From: a virus | Length of the DNA: 64,000 bases | IMG/VR virus record: IMGVR_UViG_3300023174_000050 | Span: 32,001 to 96,000 of that record | Reading direction: 5' to 3' (one strand) | Part shown: positions 9,075 to 16,720 of the stretch, one piece after another | Layout of the letters: each line of letters begins with the position of its first letter | Numbering within the stretch: position 1 is the stretch's first letter | Program-made: the position numbers and the translations under genes | Notes under the pieces: model-generated | What the model was told of the DNA's origin: nothing | The model's input: only the letters and a program-made list of their open reading frames with translations | Database searches by the model: none

Positions 9075-9266
9075 ATGGCAAATAAAAGAGTAAAAATAGA
9101 ACTATATGCAGAAGCACCTTATATGCAGGGTTATGCATCAGGATTGGCAACGGAACAATTCTTTAATCCATATGCTGATGTAGAAAATGCAGAAGCTGAT
9201 GCTGAGGACTATGAGCGAGGTTACGAGAATGCTAAAGACGTAGAGAAAAATGATACTAAATACTGA
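9075..9266 (+). CDS. small acidic hypothetical protein
   Basis: GGAG RBS. Confidence 0.55.
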   Translation: MANKRVKIELYAEAPYMQGYASGLATEQFFNPYADVENAEADAEDYERGYENAKDVEKNDTKY

Positions 9267-9930
9267 CAAGTATGTAGAACAAAGAATAGTTGAGTCGAGA
9301 AAGCAGGCACAGTACAGCCAACCTCCAGCAAACAGCTGGGATAACATCACAGATTACATTACATATACGCCGAATTGGCTGCATGCCGACGGTAGAATAT
9401 ACGCATCTGCCCCAGGTGAAGAGTATAGAGTAGCAGAAGTCAGCCCATATAATCCGAAGTTTGAGACGCAAATCGAAGCGGGAGTCTGGCCTATAGTAAA
9501 TGCATTGGTAAATAAGGGATATCTAACTTGTGCAAGTTGCGAAGGACACGGCAGAGATTTGGATTGTTTCGTAAGTTTAGTCACACCAACACTCGAATCA
9601 GCAATAGAACTAGTCAATCTACTAAAAATCGACCCTTGGAAAATAACAGTAAAGACTGACAGATCAATCTGGGATTATACATCTGCTCTGAAAACAACTA
9701 AAAATACATTAGGTAGAGACGAATTAAAATTAAAAGTGTTTCCATATTATAATCGAATCTTTCGCCGAAACTACGATGAATACTTCTATATAGATATGCA
9801 TTTGGCCAAGTATAGCGGATATGGTTTTATATGGAATTGGTTTACAAAGACACCGAGCAAGAAATATAAAACGGCAATGGAACAGATGACGGATCATATA
9901 ACGAACAAACTACCGTATTCAATATATTAG
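9250..9930 (+). CDS. hypothetical protein with T-x-A-S-C-E-G-H motif
   Basis: 226 aa; GYLTCASCEGH. Confidence 0.65.
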   Translation: MILNTDKYVEQRIVESRKQAQYSQPPANSWDNITDYITYTPNWLHADGRIYASAPGEEYRVAEVSPYNPKFETQIEAGVWPIVNALVNKGYLTCASCEGHGRDLDCFVSLVTPTLESAIELVNLLKIDPWKITVKTDRSIWDYTSALKTTKNTLGRDELKLKVFPYYNRIFRRNYDEYFYIDMHLAKYSGYGFIWNWFTKTPSKKYKTAMEQMTDHITNKLPYSIY

Positions 9931-9953
9931 TTTGTTGCATAATAAATAACTAT

Positions 9954-10814
9954 ATGCAAAAGACATATAGATCGATATTTATAAGCGATGTTCATCTGGG
10001 CACCAAAGATTGCCAGGCTGATAAACTAAATAATTTTCTAAAGCATAATACATGCGACACACTGTATCTGGTGGGCGATATAATAGATGCCTGGAAAATA
10101 CAGCAAAACCGATGGCGTTGGAAACAATCACACACCAACGTAGTACGTAGAATACTGGGACATGCCAAGCGCGGCACTAAAGTAATATTCATTGCAGGAA
10201 ATCACGATGAATTCTTAAGACCAATGATACCGTATGGTTTCAGTTTTGGTCTAATAGAAATACACAATCAAATAGAACATATAGGCGCAGATGGATTACA
10301 CTATCTGGTTGTACATGGAGACATGTTTGATGGCATAACACGACTAGCACCATGGCTATCATTTTTAGGAGATAAAGCCTATGATTTCATTCTTAGTCTC
10401 AATAGCAAACTTGCTTGGATTCGTCACCGTATGGGTTTTGGGTACTTTAGCCTTAGCCGTTTTCTTAAGCACCGAGTCAAAAAAGCAGTAGATTTCATCT
10501 TCAAGTTCGAAGAGAATCTGGCTCAGTATTGTAAAAAGCGTGGCTTTGATGGTGTGATTTGCGGTCACATACATCATGCTGAGATTAAGGAAATCGACGG
10601 TGTGGCATATATGAACGACGGAGACTGGGTAGAGAGTTGTACAGCATTAGTTGAACACCACGATGGTCGTTGGGAAATAGTAACTTGGACAAGGGAGAAT
10701 GACAATGAAGGTAAACAGATTAATCAGGAAAATGTACAAAGCAATACTAAGGGGCGACAAAAACAAAGAACGACGCCTTTGGTTCAAGGCAATGAGAAAG
10801 TCATTAAAGCATAA
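9954..10814 (+). CDS. plcP: PlcP-like phospholipase C (LpxH-superfamily metallophosphoesterase)
   Basis: YRSIFISDVHLGT, LYLVGDIID, GNHDE, HGD, VKKAV.FI..FE, GVICGHIH, YMNDGDWVESCTALVE fit the PlcP/SMc00171 pattern as I recall it; next to a GT4 gene. Confidence 0.75.
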   Translation: MQKTYRSIFISDVHLGTKDCQADKLNNFLKHNTCDTLYLVGDIIDAWKIQQNRWRWKQSHTNVVRRILGHAKRGTKVIFIAGNHDEFLRPMIPYGFSFGLIEIHNQIEHIGADGLHYLVVHGDMFDGITRLAPWLSFLGDKAYDFILSLNSKLAWIRHRMGFGYFSLSRFLKHRVKKAVDFIFKFEENLAQYCKKRGFDGVICGHIHHAEIKEIDGVAYMNDGDWVESCTALVEHHDGRWEIVTWTRENDNEGKQINQENVQSNTKGRQKQRTTPLVQGNEKVIKA

Positions 10815-10832
10815 GCATACTGAAGTTATACG

Positions 10833-11828
10833 ATGAAAACGATTTTAATTATAACCGATAATCTACCGGATCAAATAAATGGCGTTGTCACGACTTACAA
10901 AAACATTGAGATTTGCGCGTCTCGTGACGGTTATAACGTTGTGGTGCTTCATCCCGGGTGGTTCCGCTACTTTAATTGCCCTGGCTACAACGAAGTCAAG
11001 ATTGCCTATCCCCGGCAAATGGGCAAGAAGATTGCGGAGATACGTCCGGATTATATCCACATCGCCACAGAAGGTCCTCTTGGTTTGTGGGCTAGAAAGT
11101 ATCTTTCATTATGTAATTATCGCTACAATACCGCTTATCATACTAAGTTTCCAGAAGGACTTAATAAACTATTTGGAATACCTGAAGCATTTACTTGGCC
11201 TTTAGTACGTTGGTTTCATAAGCATTCCGGCAAGGTCCTGACGACCACAAACACAATGGTAAATGAACTAAGGAACCATGGCTTTGACGGCGAAGTAATA
11301 CCATGGACCCGAGGAGTAGATAGAGATATATTTAACCCGACGCACAGAGTAAACACTATTAGCAAGTATATACTATGCGTATCACGCGTCAGTAAAGAAA
11401 AGAACCTTGAAGACTTTCTAAGTCTTGACTACCCGGGATATCTCAAAGTAATGGTAGGCGACGGCCCCATGCTGGATGCATATAAGAAAAAGTATTCAGA
11501 CGTACACTTTACAGGCTACAAAACGGGTAAAGATCTGGCACAGTATTACGCAAACGCAGAAGTATTTGTATTTCCAAGTAAATGGGAGACTTTTGGAATT
11601 GTAATGATCGAAGCCATGGCCTGCGGAACTCCTGTAGCAGCATATAACGTAACGGGCCCAAAAGACGTAATAGATCAAGGAATAACAGGCTATATGGATA
11701 CTTCATTAAGTACAGCAATAGATAAGTGTTTAAAGTTGGATAGAAACAACGTACATAAAGCAAGCTATAGATGGTCATGGGAAAACGCGTGGCGAATATT
11801 TAAAGATAATCTTATAAGTAAAGTATAA
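10833..11828 (+). CDS. GT4 glycosyltransferase, Agt-like glycolipid synthase
   Basis: ITD...QINGVVTT, HIATEGPLG, YHTKFPE, VSRVSKEKN, FPSKWETFGIVMIEAMACGTPV. Confidence 0.8.
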   Translation: MKTILIITDNLPDQINGVVTTYKNIEICASRDGYNVVVLHPGWFRYFNCPGYNEVKIAYPRQMGKKIAEIRPDYIHIATEGPLGLWARKYLSLCNYRYNTAYHTKFPEGLNKLFGIPEAFTWPLVRWFHKHSGKVLTTTNTMVNELRNHGFDGEVIPWTRGVDRDIFNPTHRVNTISKYILCVSRVSKEKNLEDFLSLDYPGYLKVMVGDGPMLDAYKKKYSDVHFTGYKTGKDLAQYYANAEVFVFPSKWETFGIVMIEAMACGTPVAAYNVTGPKDVIDQGITGYMDTSLSTAIDKCLKLDRNNVHKASYRWSWENAWRIFKDNLISKV

Positions 11829-11851
11829 GGCCTTATTATAGGCCTTTTTTT
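11827..11851 (+). terminator. rho-independent terminator
   Basis: AAGGCCT-tattat-AGGCCTT plus T-run. Confidence 0.8.
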
Positions 11852-11890
11852 ACGGCTAAATGATTAGTTGTACTGAGAGTTGAATCAAAT

Positions 11891-11973
11891 AGTTGCTTAT
11901 AGAGTTGTGCGTAGAGTTGCTTATACAATATAAGATGCTGCTAGCGTTAGAGTTAGCAATATAAGATGCTGCT
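11891..11973. repeat. short direct repeats in non-coding region
   Basis: AGTTGCTTATA at 11891 and 11915; CAATATAAGATGCTGCT at 11926 and 11957. Confidence 0.8.
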
Positions 11974-12211
11974 GAGGTTATTGCAATCGAGCCTATATTA
12001 GACGGTATTTATGTGGTAGAAAAGAGCGAATACGTAGCAATTACGAAGAATCCCACAGAGTCTTGATGTTTATTATAGTTCTTGATTTCTTAAAACAGAA
12101 TTATTATAAAGCTTTCTGTTTAATCTCCAGGCGAAATATAACACCTTTCTATTATAATAAGAAATTATTAATCTAGTTTGGCTGGTTTGCACACTTGCAC
12201 AGAGACCCGTT

Positions 12212-12266
12212 ACCCTACTCAGTTAAAGGGTCTTTGCTTGACGGGGTATCCAAATTGTGCTATAAT
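12212..12266 (+). promoter_or_regulatory. early promoter with upstream inverted repeat
   Basis: ACCCT-N10-AGGGT 12212-12231; TTGACG 12238-12243; TATAAT 12261-12266. Confidence 0.8.
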
Positions 12267-12272
12267 AGAGGC

Positions 12273-12584
12273 ATGAACAGAAACAAGGAGCAGAACATGA
12301 GAACCCCATTTTTTATTGTAGCAATACGATGCGAGTATACCGGCAACCCTGTAGCAGCTACTATGCAAGTGTTCTCAGACCGCGAGGATGCATATGAAGC
12401 GGTTCGTGCGTACGAGCGCGCAGACCCAGGGCAAGGTGCGCAGGTCTGGGTCGAGCAACCCGTCGGTGGCTTTAAAGCAGTAGCGATGGTCGAGAACGAC
12501 GAAGTTGTGTATTTTAACGAAGATGACGATGACGGTCAGCCCGACGAAGCTCAAGAATGGCACAGCTATGACCCTGATTGCTAA
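12273..12584 (+). CDS. acidic hypothetical protein
   Basis: Leaderless ATG 12273 or AAGGAG-led ATG 12297; track start 12195 lies upstream of the promoter. Confidence 0.65.
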   Translation: MNRNKEQNMRTPFFIVAIRCEYTGNPVAATMQVFSDREDAYEAVRAYERADPGQGAQVWVEQPVGGFKAVAMVENDEVVYFNEDDDDGQPDEAQEWHSYDPDC

Positions 12585-12624
12585 AGGGTCATAGCTTGAC
12601 AGTTTGGTCAGAATGTGCTATAAT
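12564..12624 (+). promoter_or_regulatory. early promoter with perfect 12-bp inverted repeat
   Basis: AGCTATGACCCT-N9-AGGGTCATAGCT; TTGACA 12596-12601; TATAAT 12619-12624. Confidence 0.85.
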
Positions 12625-12657
12625 TGAGACATAATTTAAAGAGAAAAGGAAATTAAA

Positions 12658-12810
12658 ATGCAAGATTCACAAAAGCAACAATTAGACAGCTTATTAATTA
12701 GCGTGCAAAATGCTTTAGACGAACTCGGTTTAGACGAAAATGATGCTGTGCAAAATGCATTTAATGCTTTAGCATGTGCTATTGAAAATAATAGTAACCC
12801 TACAGACTGA
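12658..12810 (+). CDS. small hypothetical protein (50 aa, not in ORF track)
   Basis: AAGGA RBS; MQDSQKQQLDSLL... Confidence 0.6.
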   Translation: MQDSQKQQLDSLLISVQNALDELGLDENDAVQNAFNALACAIENNSNPTD

Positions 12811-12858
12811 AGGGTTATTTGAAAAAGATTTGACAAGTTAGCCAAAAGCACATATAAT
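12795..12858 (+). promoter_or_regulatory. early promoter with upstream inverted repeat
   Basis: TAACCCT-N9-AGGGTTA 12795-12817; TTGACA 12830-12835; TATAAT 12853-12858. Confidence 0.85.
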
Positions 12859-12864
12859 TACGGC

Positions 12865-13791
12865 ATGAACAGAAACAAGGAACAGACAATGAATATAGTG
12901 ATCAAACACAACCCCGGTAAGAATCGTTACGAGGGTTTTGTCGACGGCAAAATGGTTTCGCGTTCACGTCACGAATCATATGTAAAAGACCAGTTAGCTA
13001 AGCTGGGTTTTAGCGTAGGCGAGACACAGAACAATGTTACTGAGAAAGCATCAGAATTTGGTATCAACGAGCGCTTTAGCTTCGTAGAGCAGATGGTCGG
13101 CATGGTCGCTAAAAAGACAATTGCATCAGCAATTATCACAGGTCAGGGCGGCCTGGGTAAGACGCACACGGTGTTGAAAGCTCTTAAGACCAACGGCATG
13201 GCAGACACCACAGATCTCGCTAAGTTCGAGATTGGTGCTCGCATTAATACACCTAAGTCATATCGGGTGATCAAAGGCTTCTCTACAGCAAAGGGCCTGT
13301 ATCGTACGCTGTTCGAAGGCAACGGCCAGGTGCTGGTGTTCGATGACTGTGACAGTGTGTTGACAGACCCCGTAGCATTGAATTTGCTTAAAGGTGCTCT
13401 TGACTCATACGGCGAGCGCTGGATCTCCTGGAACGCAGATATGAAGGACGAGGATCTGCCTAGGTCATTCAAGTTCACAGGTACGATCATTTTCATCTCG
13501 AACAAAGACCTCGAGCGTTTAGACCAAGCAGTTCGTTCGCGAGCAATGTGCGTTGACCTAAGCATGACACAAGGTCAAAAGATCGAGCGCATGGAAGTAC
13601 TTGTAGCAGACCCCGAGTTTCTCGAGGATTACAGCACAGCCTACAAAGCAGACGCAATCAACTTTTTGCGTGACAACATGAACAGCATCAAGAATTTGAG
13701 TTTGCGTACTCTGATAGCAGCGACAAAGATTCGTGCAGAGGGTGGCAATTGGAAGAACTTGGCTAAGTATGTTATTACTCAAGGTGCGTAA
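12865..13791 (+). CDS. P-loop NTPase (AAA-like)
   Basis: Walker A GQGGLGKT, Walker B LVFDDCD, IIFISN, SR motif. Confidence 0.8.
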   Translation: MNRNKEQTMNIVIKHNPGKNRYEGFVDGKMVSRSRHESYVKDQLAKLGFSVGETQNNVTEKASEFGINERFSFVEQMVGMVAKKTIASAIITGQGGLGKTHTVLKALKTNGMADTTDLAKFEIGARINTPKSYRVIKGFSTAKGLYRTLFEGNGQVLVFDDCDSVLTDPVALNLLKGALDSYGERWISWNADMKDEDLPRSFKFTGTIIFISNKDLERLDQAVRSRAMCVDLSMTQGQKIERMEVLVADPEFLEDYSTAYKADAINFLRDNMNSIKNLSLRTLIAATKIRAEGGNWKNLAKYVITQGA

Positions 13792-13809
13792 TTATAACAC
13801 CAAAAGGGG

Positions 13810-13874
13810 CTGGGGTCAATACCCCAGTACCCCGAAGGGTTATTCTTGACACAACCACGAAACGGTGTTATAAT
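13810..13874 (+). promoter_or_regulatory. hairpin, inverted repeat and early promoter
   Basis: CTGGGGT-caat-ACCCCAG; AGGGTTA 13836-13842; TTGACA 13846-13851; TATAAT 13869-13874. Confidence 0.8.
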
Positions 13875-13900
13875 CGAGACATAGTAACAAAGGAGCAGAT

Positions 13901-14158
13901 ATGAAAGAACTCAAAGCGTACGTAGAGAAGGCCAATCAGTGGAACGCGATCTTCAAGGGCCCTCAGTACTCGTTGTCATCGGCTACAGATCGCCAAAAGC
14001 TCGCTGATAAGATCTCCGGAGACCTCTCCCCAGAGCATCTGACATGCGACGGCGAATTACCCGCAGCAACAGTTAGAGCCCGTCACAAGCAACTGACCAC
14101 AGTAGCAAAGCAGTTGCTGGCGCTAGACCCCTCAGTCAAGATGTATGAATTCGCTTAA
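13901..14158 (+). CDS. phage hypothetical protein
   Basis: AAGGAG RBS; LSPEHLTCDGEL motif. Confidence 0.7.
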   Translation: MKELKAYVEKANQWNAIFKGPQYSLSSATDRQKLADKISGDLSPEHLTCDGELPAATVRARHKQLTTVAKQLLALDPSVKMYEFA

Positions 14159-14168
14159 GGAGCAACGC

Positions 14169-14342
14169 ATGAAGGACTTAATCATAGACATAGAACCCCT
14201 GATGCGCGAAGGGTTTAACGCGTTTAGCATTGCGACCCTTATGGGCATAGATATAGAGCTCGTAGAGCAATGCATCGCATATATAGACGAACTGCGTTAC
14301 CACGAGGATATGGCCCAAGACCCATACCGTATAGTATCCTAA
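14169..14342 (+). CDS. small possible HTH-like protein
   Basis: AAGGAG RBS; AFSIATLMGIDIELVEQCI. Confidence 0.55.
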   Translation: MKDLIIDIEPLMREGFNAFSIATLMGIDIELVEQCIAYIDELRYHEDMAQDPYRIVS

Positions 14343-14364
14343 CAGGATTTTAGCTCTCTAGCAC

Positions 14365-14548
14365 AGACCCCCCTAAATTAGCCAGTGAGGGGTCTCGTAT
14401 GCTTATATAGCATATAGCAACCTGCTTATATTATCCATCCAAACCGAACCTCAAATAGTCCACACAAAAAAATTTCCCAGGGAATCTGAATCAAGATTCC
14501 GCTTCTAGGAAAAATCTTCAAATAAACCTCCTTAAAAAAATTTCCCAG
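14365..14548. repeat. non-coding hairpin array with 15-nt direct repeat
   Basis: Three inverted repeats; AAAAAAATTTCCCAG at 14466 and 14534. Confidence 0.75.
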
Positions 14549-14557
14549 AGAAAAATT

Positions 14558-14833
14558 ATGCAAAATTCCGAATCTACTCCCTATACTATTAAATACATTG
14601 TGGCTGGCAATTATGAACAATACGAGGACTGGTTGAAACGTAAGAAAGTAGATCCCAGAGCATACCGATACGTAGAAAATAAGTATACACTCACAGGCGC
14701 CGTTAATATCTCTGGCTTTTTTATCGGTACATACCATTATCGTTCGGATATCGACGAGATCTTAATTGCAATCGCCACTTCCAAAAGAACCAAAGAGGAC
14801 AGAGATAACTTTATTAATAAATTTATGATATAA
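14558..14833 (+). CDS. hypothetical protein
   Basis: 91 aa ORF. Confidence 0.55.
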   Translation: MQNSESTPYTIKYIVAGNYEQYEDWLKRKKVDPRAYRYVENKYTLTGAVNISGFFIGTYHYRSDIDEILIAIATSKRTKEDRDNFINKFMI

Positions 14834-14836
14834 ATA
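14829..14836 (+). promoter_or_regulatory. T4-type late promoter
   Basis: Exact TATAAATA. Confidence 0.65.
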
Positions 14837-14858
14837 CATAATATAATAAAGGATCAAT

Positions 14859-15176
14859 ATGATTAAAAACCTAATACTTACGGCAGCTATGCTTTTATCT
14901 ACTTCCATATATGCACAGCAGCCAGTAGAGAATAACGATCAAATTCCGGGATTATTTGATCTAAATAAACCAATGAAATGCTTACCCGTAAACAATATGT
15001 TCTTTGTATTACAGAATGAATTCGAAGAAAAGTTATCGTGGATTGGTAAAGTAGATAACACTTCATCTTATATAGCAATGTATAAGAATACTCAAACAGG
15101 CAATTGGACTTTAATACAACATGACAGTGCAGTAGGATGTTTTTTAGGATCTGGAAAAGACTCCACTCCACTTTAA
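14859..15176 (+). CDS. secreted/periplasmic hypothetical protein
   Basis: Signal-peptide-like N-terminus; two Cys. Confidence 0.6.
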   Translation: MIKNLILTAAMLLSTSIYAQQPVENNDQIPGLFDLNKPMKCLPVNNMFFVLQNEFEEKLSWIGKVDNTSSYIAMYKNTQTGNWTLIQHDSAVGCFLGSGKDSTPL

Positions 15177-15190
15177 ATAGAAATTATATT

Positions 15191-15625
15191 ATGTTCATCC
15201 CTGAAAAAGAATACAAACAAATAATCAACAAAACCGTCAATCTCTGTGTTGACGTGTGTCTACGATATAATGACCAAGTCATATTGATCAAACGAAAAGA
15301 AGAACCGTGTAAGGGTGTTTACTGGCCTATAGGTGGTAGAATCCAAAAGGGAGAAACCGCAGAGGCCGCCGCACGCCGAAAGATATCAGAAGAAATCGGA
15401 ATTAAATTCAAGGGTAAACTGATACCTATGGGATATTACGAAGACCATTATACTGAGAACTCATTTCAGAAGAACACTTCGTATTCGACTTTGAGTATTG
15501 TATTTGCTGGAGATTTGGTGGGTCTTCCGAATATCTTACTAGATAGCACTTCTGACGATTTCGGTCTTTTCGACGAATTACCAAAAAGGTTTCGTGTAAA
15601 GATGTTTGAAGGTGTAACTGTATAA
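15191..15625 (+). CDS. NUDIX hydrolase, GDP-mannose mannosyl hydrolase-like
   Basis: KRKEEPCKGVYWPIGGRIQKGET..AAARRKISEEIG. Confidence 0.75.
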   Translation: MFIPEKEYKQIINKTVNLCVDVCLRYNDQVILIKRKEEPCKGVYWPIGGRIQKGETAEAAARRKISEEIGIKFKGKLIPMGYYEDHYTENSFQKNTSYSTLSIVFAGDLVGLPNILLDSTSDDFGLFDELPKRFRVKMFEGVTV

Positions 15626-15628
15626 ATA
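15621..15628 (+). promoter_or_regulatory. T4-type late promoter
   Basis: Exact TATAAATA followed by CGGCC-N6-GGCCG leader hairpin. Confidence 0.65.
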
Positions 15629-15687
15629 TATGTGCGTTTCGGCCGTGACTGGCCGTAGGTAATAAATTAACTGAAAAAGGAAATAGT

Positions 15688-15978
15688 ATGGAAGTTTTAT
15701 TAGTAGTTGCGATTGTAGGTATCTTGGCATATATTGTATATGCTAGGTTGAATAGAGAAAATGCTGATGGTTCGCATCCCCTAGATGCTGTTACTATCGC
15801 AAAGGTTGAGGAAACAGCAGTTAAGACTGTTGCTGAGGTCAAAGCAGCCGAGGCTAAAGTTGAGAAAGAAATTGTTGCTGTTCTTGACGTAAATAAAGAC
15901 GGTAAGGTTAATGTTGACGATGTTAAAGAAGTCGTTAAGAAAACCAAAACTGCCGTTAAGAAAAAAACAGCAAAGTAA
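15688..15978 (+). CDS. membrane-anchored protein with EF-hand-like loop
   Basis: N-terminal TM helix; DVNKDGKVNVDD. Confidence 0.65.
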   Translation: MEVLLVVAIVGILAYIVYARLNRENADGSHPLDAVTIAKVEETAVKTVAEVKAAEAKVEKEIVAVLDVNKDGKVNVDDVKEVVKKTKTAVKKKTAK

Positions 15979-16051
15979 TTTTACGAATCTGATTTGACCA
16001 TAATTTTATTATTTTATATGATAAACATAATAACTATAAAAGGAGTAAGTT

Positions 16052-16471
16052 ATGGCAGATTGGGACTCTCACGCAGCTGAGGAAAAGAAGAATCCTACAC
16101 CATTCAATCAAAATGCAATTCCACCTGCAGGCTATGTATCAGGTAATCCTGAGATGCTCAAAAGCGGTGGCGGTGCATTAAGTGCAGGTGGTGAATCGAC
16201 AGTAGCATTAGATAAAGATGCAACCGATTGGATCAATAAGAAAATGCGACCTATGATGGGTTGGATTTATATGTTGACTTGTACTTGTGACTTTGTATTA
16301 TTTCCAATTTTATGGTCTATGCTACAAGCATTAAGTGCAGGTGCAGTTACAAACCAATGGCAACCCTTAACACTACAAGGTGCCGGGTTATATCATATAG
16401 CAATGGGTGCCGTTCTTGGTATTGCTGCTTATGGTAGAACTAAGGAAAAAGTAGCAGGCGTTGCAAGCTAA
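16052..16471 (+). CDS. putative holin (GTA 3TM-holin-like)
   Basis: MRPMMGWIY..TM...YHIAMGAVLGIAAYGRTKEK. Confidence 0.6.
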   Translation: MADWDSHAAEEKKNPTPFNQNAIPPAGYVSGNPEMLKSGGGALSAGGESTVALDKDATDWINKKMRPMMGWIYMLTCTCDFVLFPILWSMLQALSAGAVTNQWQPLTLQGAGLYHIAMGAVLGIAAYGRTKEKVAGVAS

Positions 16472-16473
16472 AC

Positions 16474-16499
16474 AAATGGTGGGGCAATCCCACCATTTT
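16474..16499 (+). terminator. rho-independent terminator
   Basis: AAATGGTGGG-gcaat-CCCACCATTT. Confidence 0.8.
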
Positions 16500-16501
16500 A
16501 A

Positions 16502-16530
16502 TTGACATCTATATCAATAGGTGTTATAAT
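16502..16530 (+). promoter_or_regulatory. sigma70-type promoter
   Basis: TTGACA-N17-TATAAT. Confidence 0.8.
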
Positions 16531-16555
16531 CATTTTTTATATTTTAGGAGTTGAT

Positions 16556-16720
16556 ATGGCTAATCATAAAGAACGCGATCCAAATACCACCAAATCTGGT
16601 AAACCAAAACTACATTCAAAGCCTTTAGCAGAACTTCAGGCTATGGTGAAGTCTGCAAGACCAAAAAATGTACTTTCAATCAATAAAGCAATAATGAAAA
16701 AAGTTGGCAGAGGTCGTTAA
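16556..16720 (+). CDS. small basic protein
   Basis: AGGAG RBS before ATG 16556. Confidence 0.6.
   Translation: MANHKERDPNTTKSGKPKLHSKPLAELQAMVKSARPKNVLSINKAIMKKVGRGR

Noticed and set aside
9954-10814. Annotation as LpxH of lipid A synthesis
   Set aside because: Extended motifs and the adjacent Agt-like GT4 fit the PlcP subfamily better; a phylogeny is still needed
12195-12272. Track start at 12195
   Set aside because: Lies upstream of and across the promoter; real starts are 12273 or 12297
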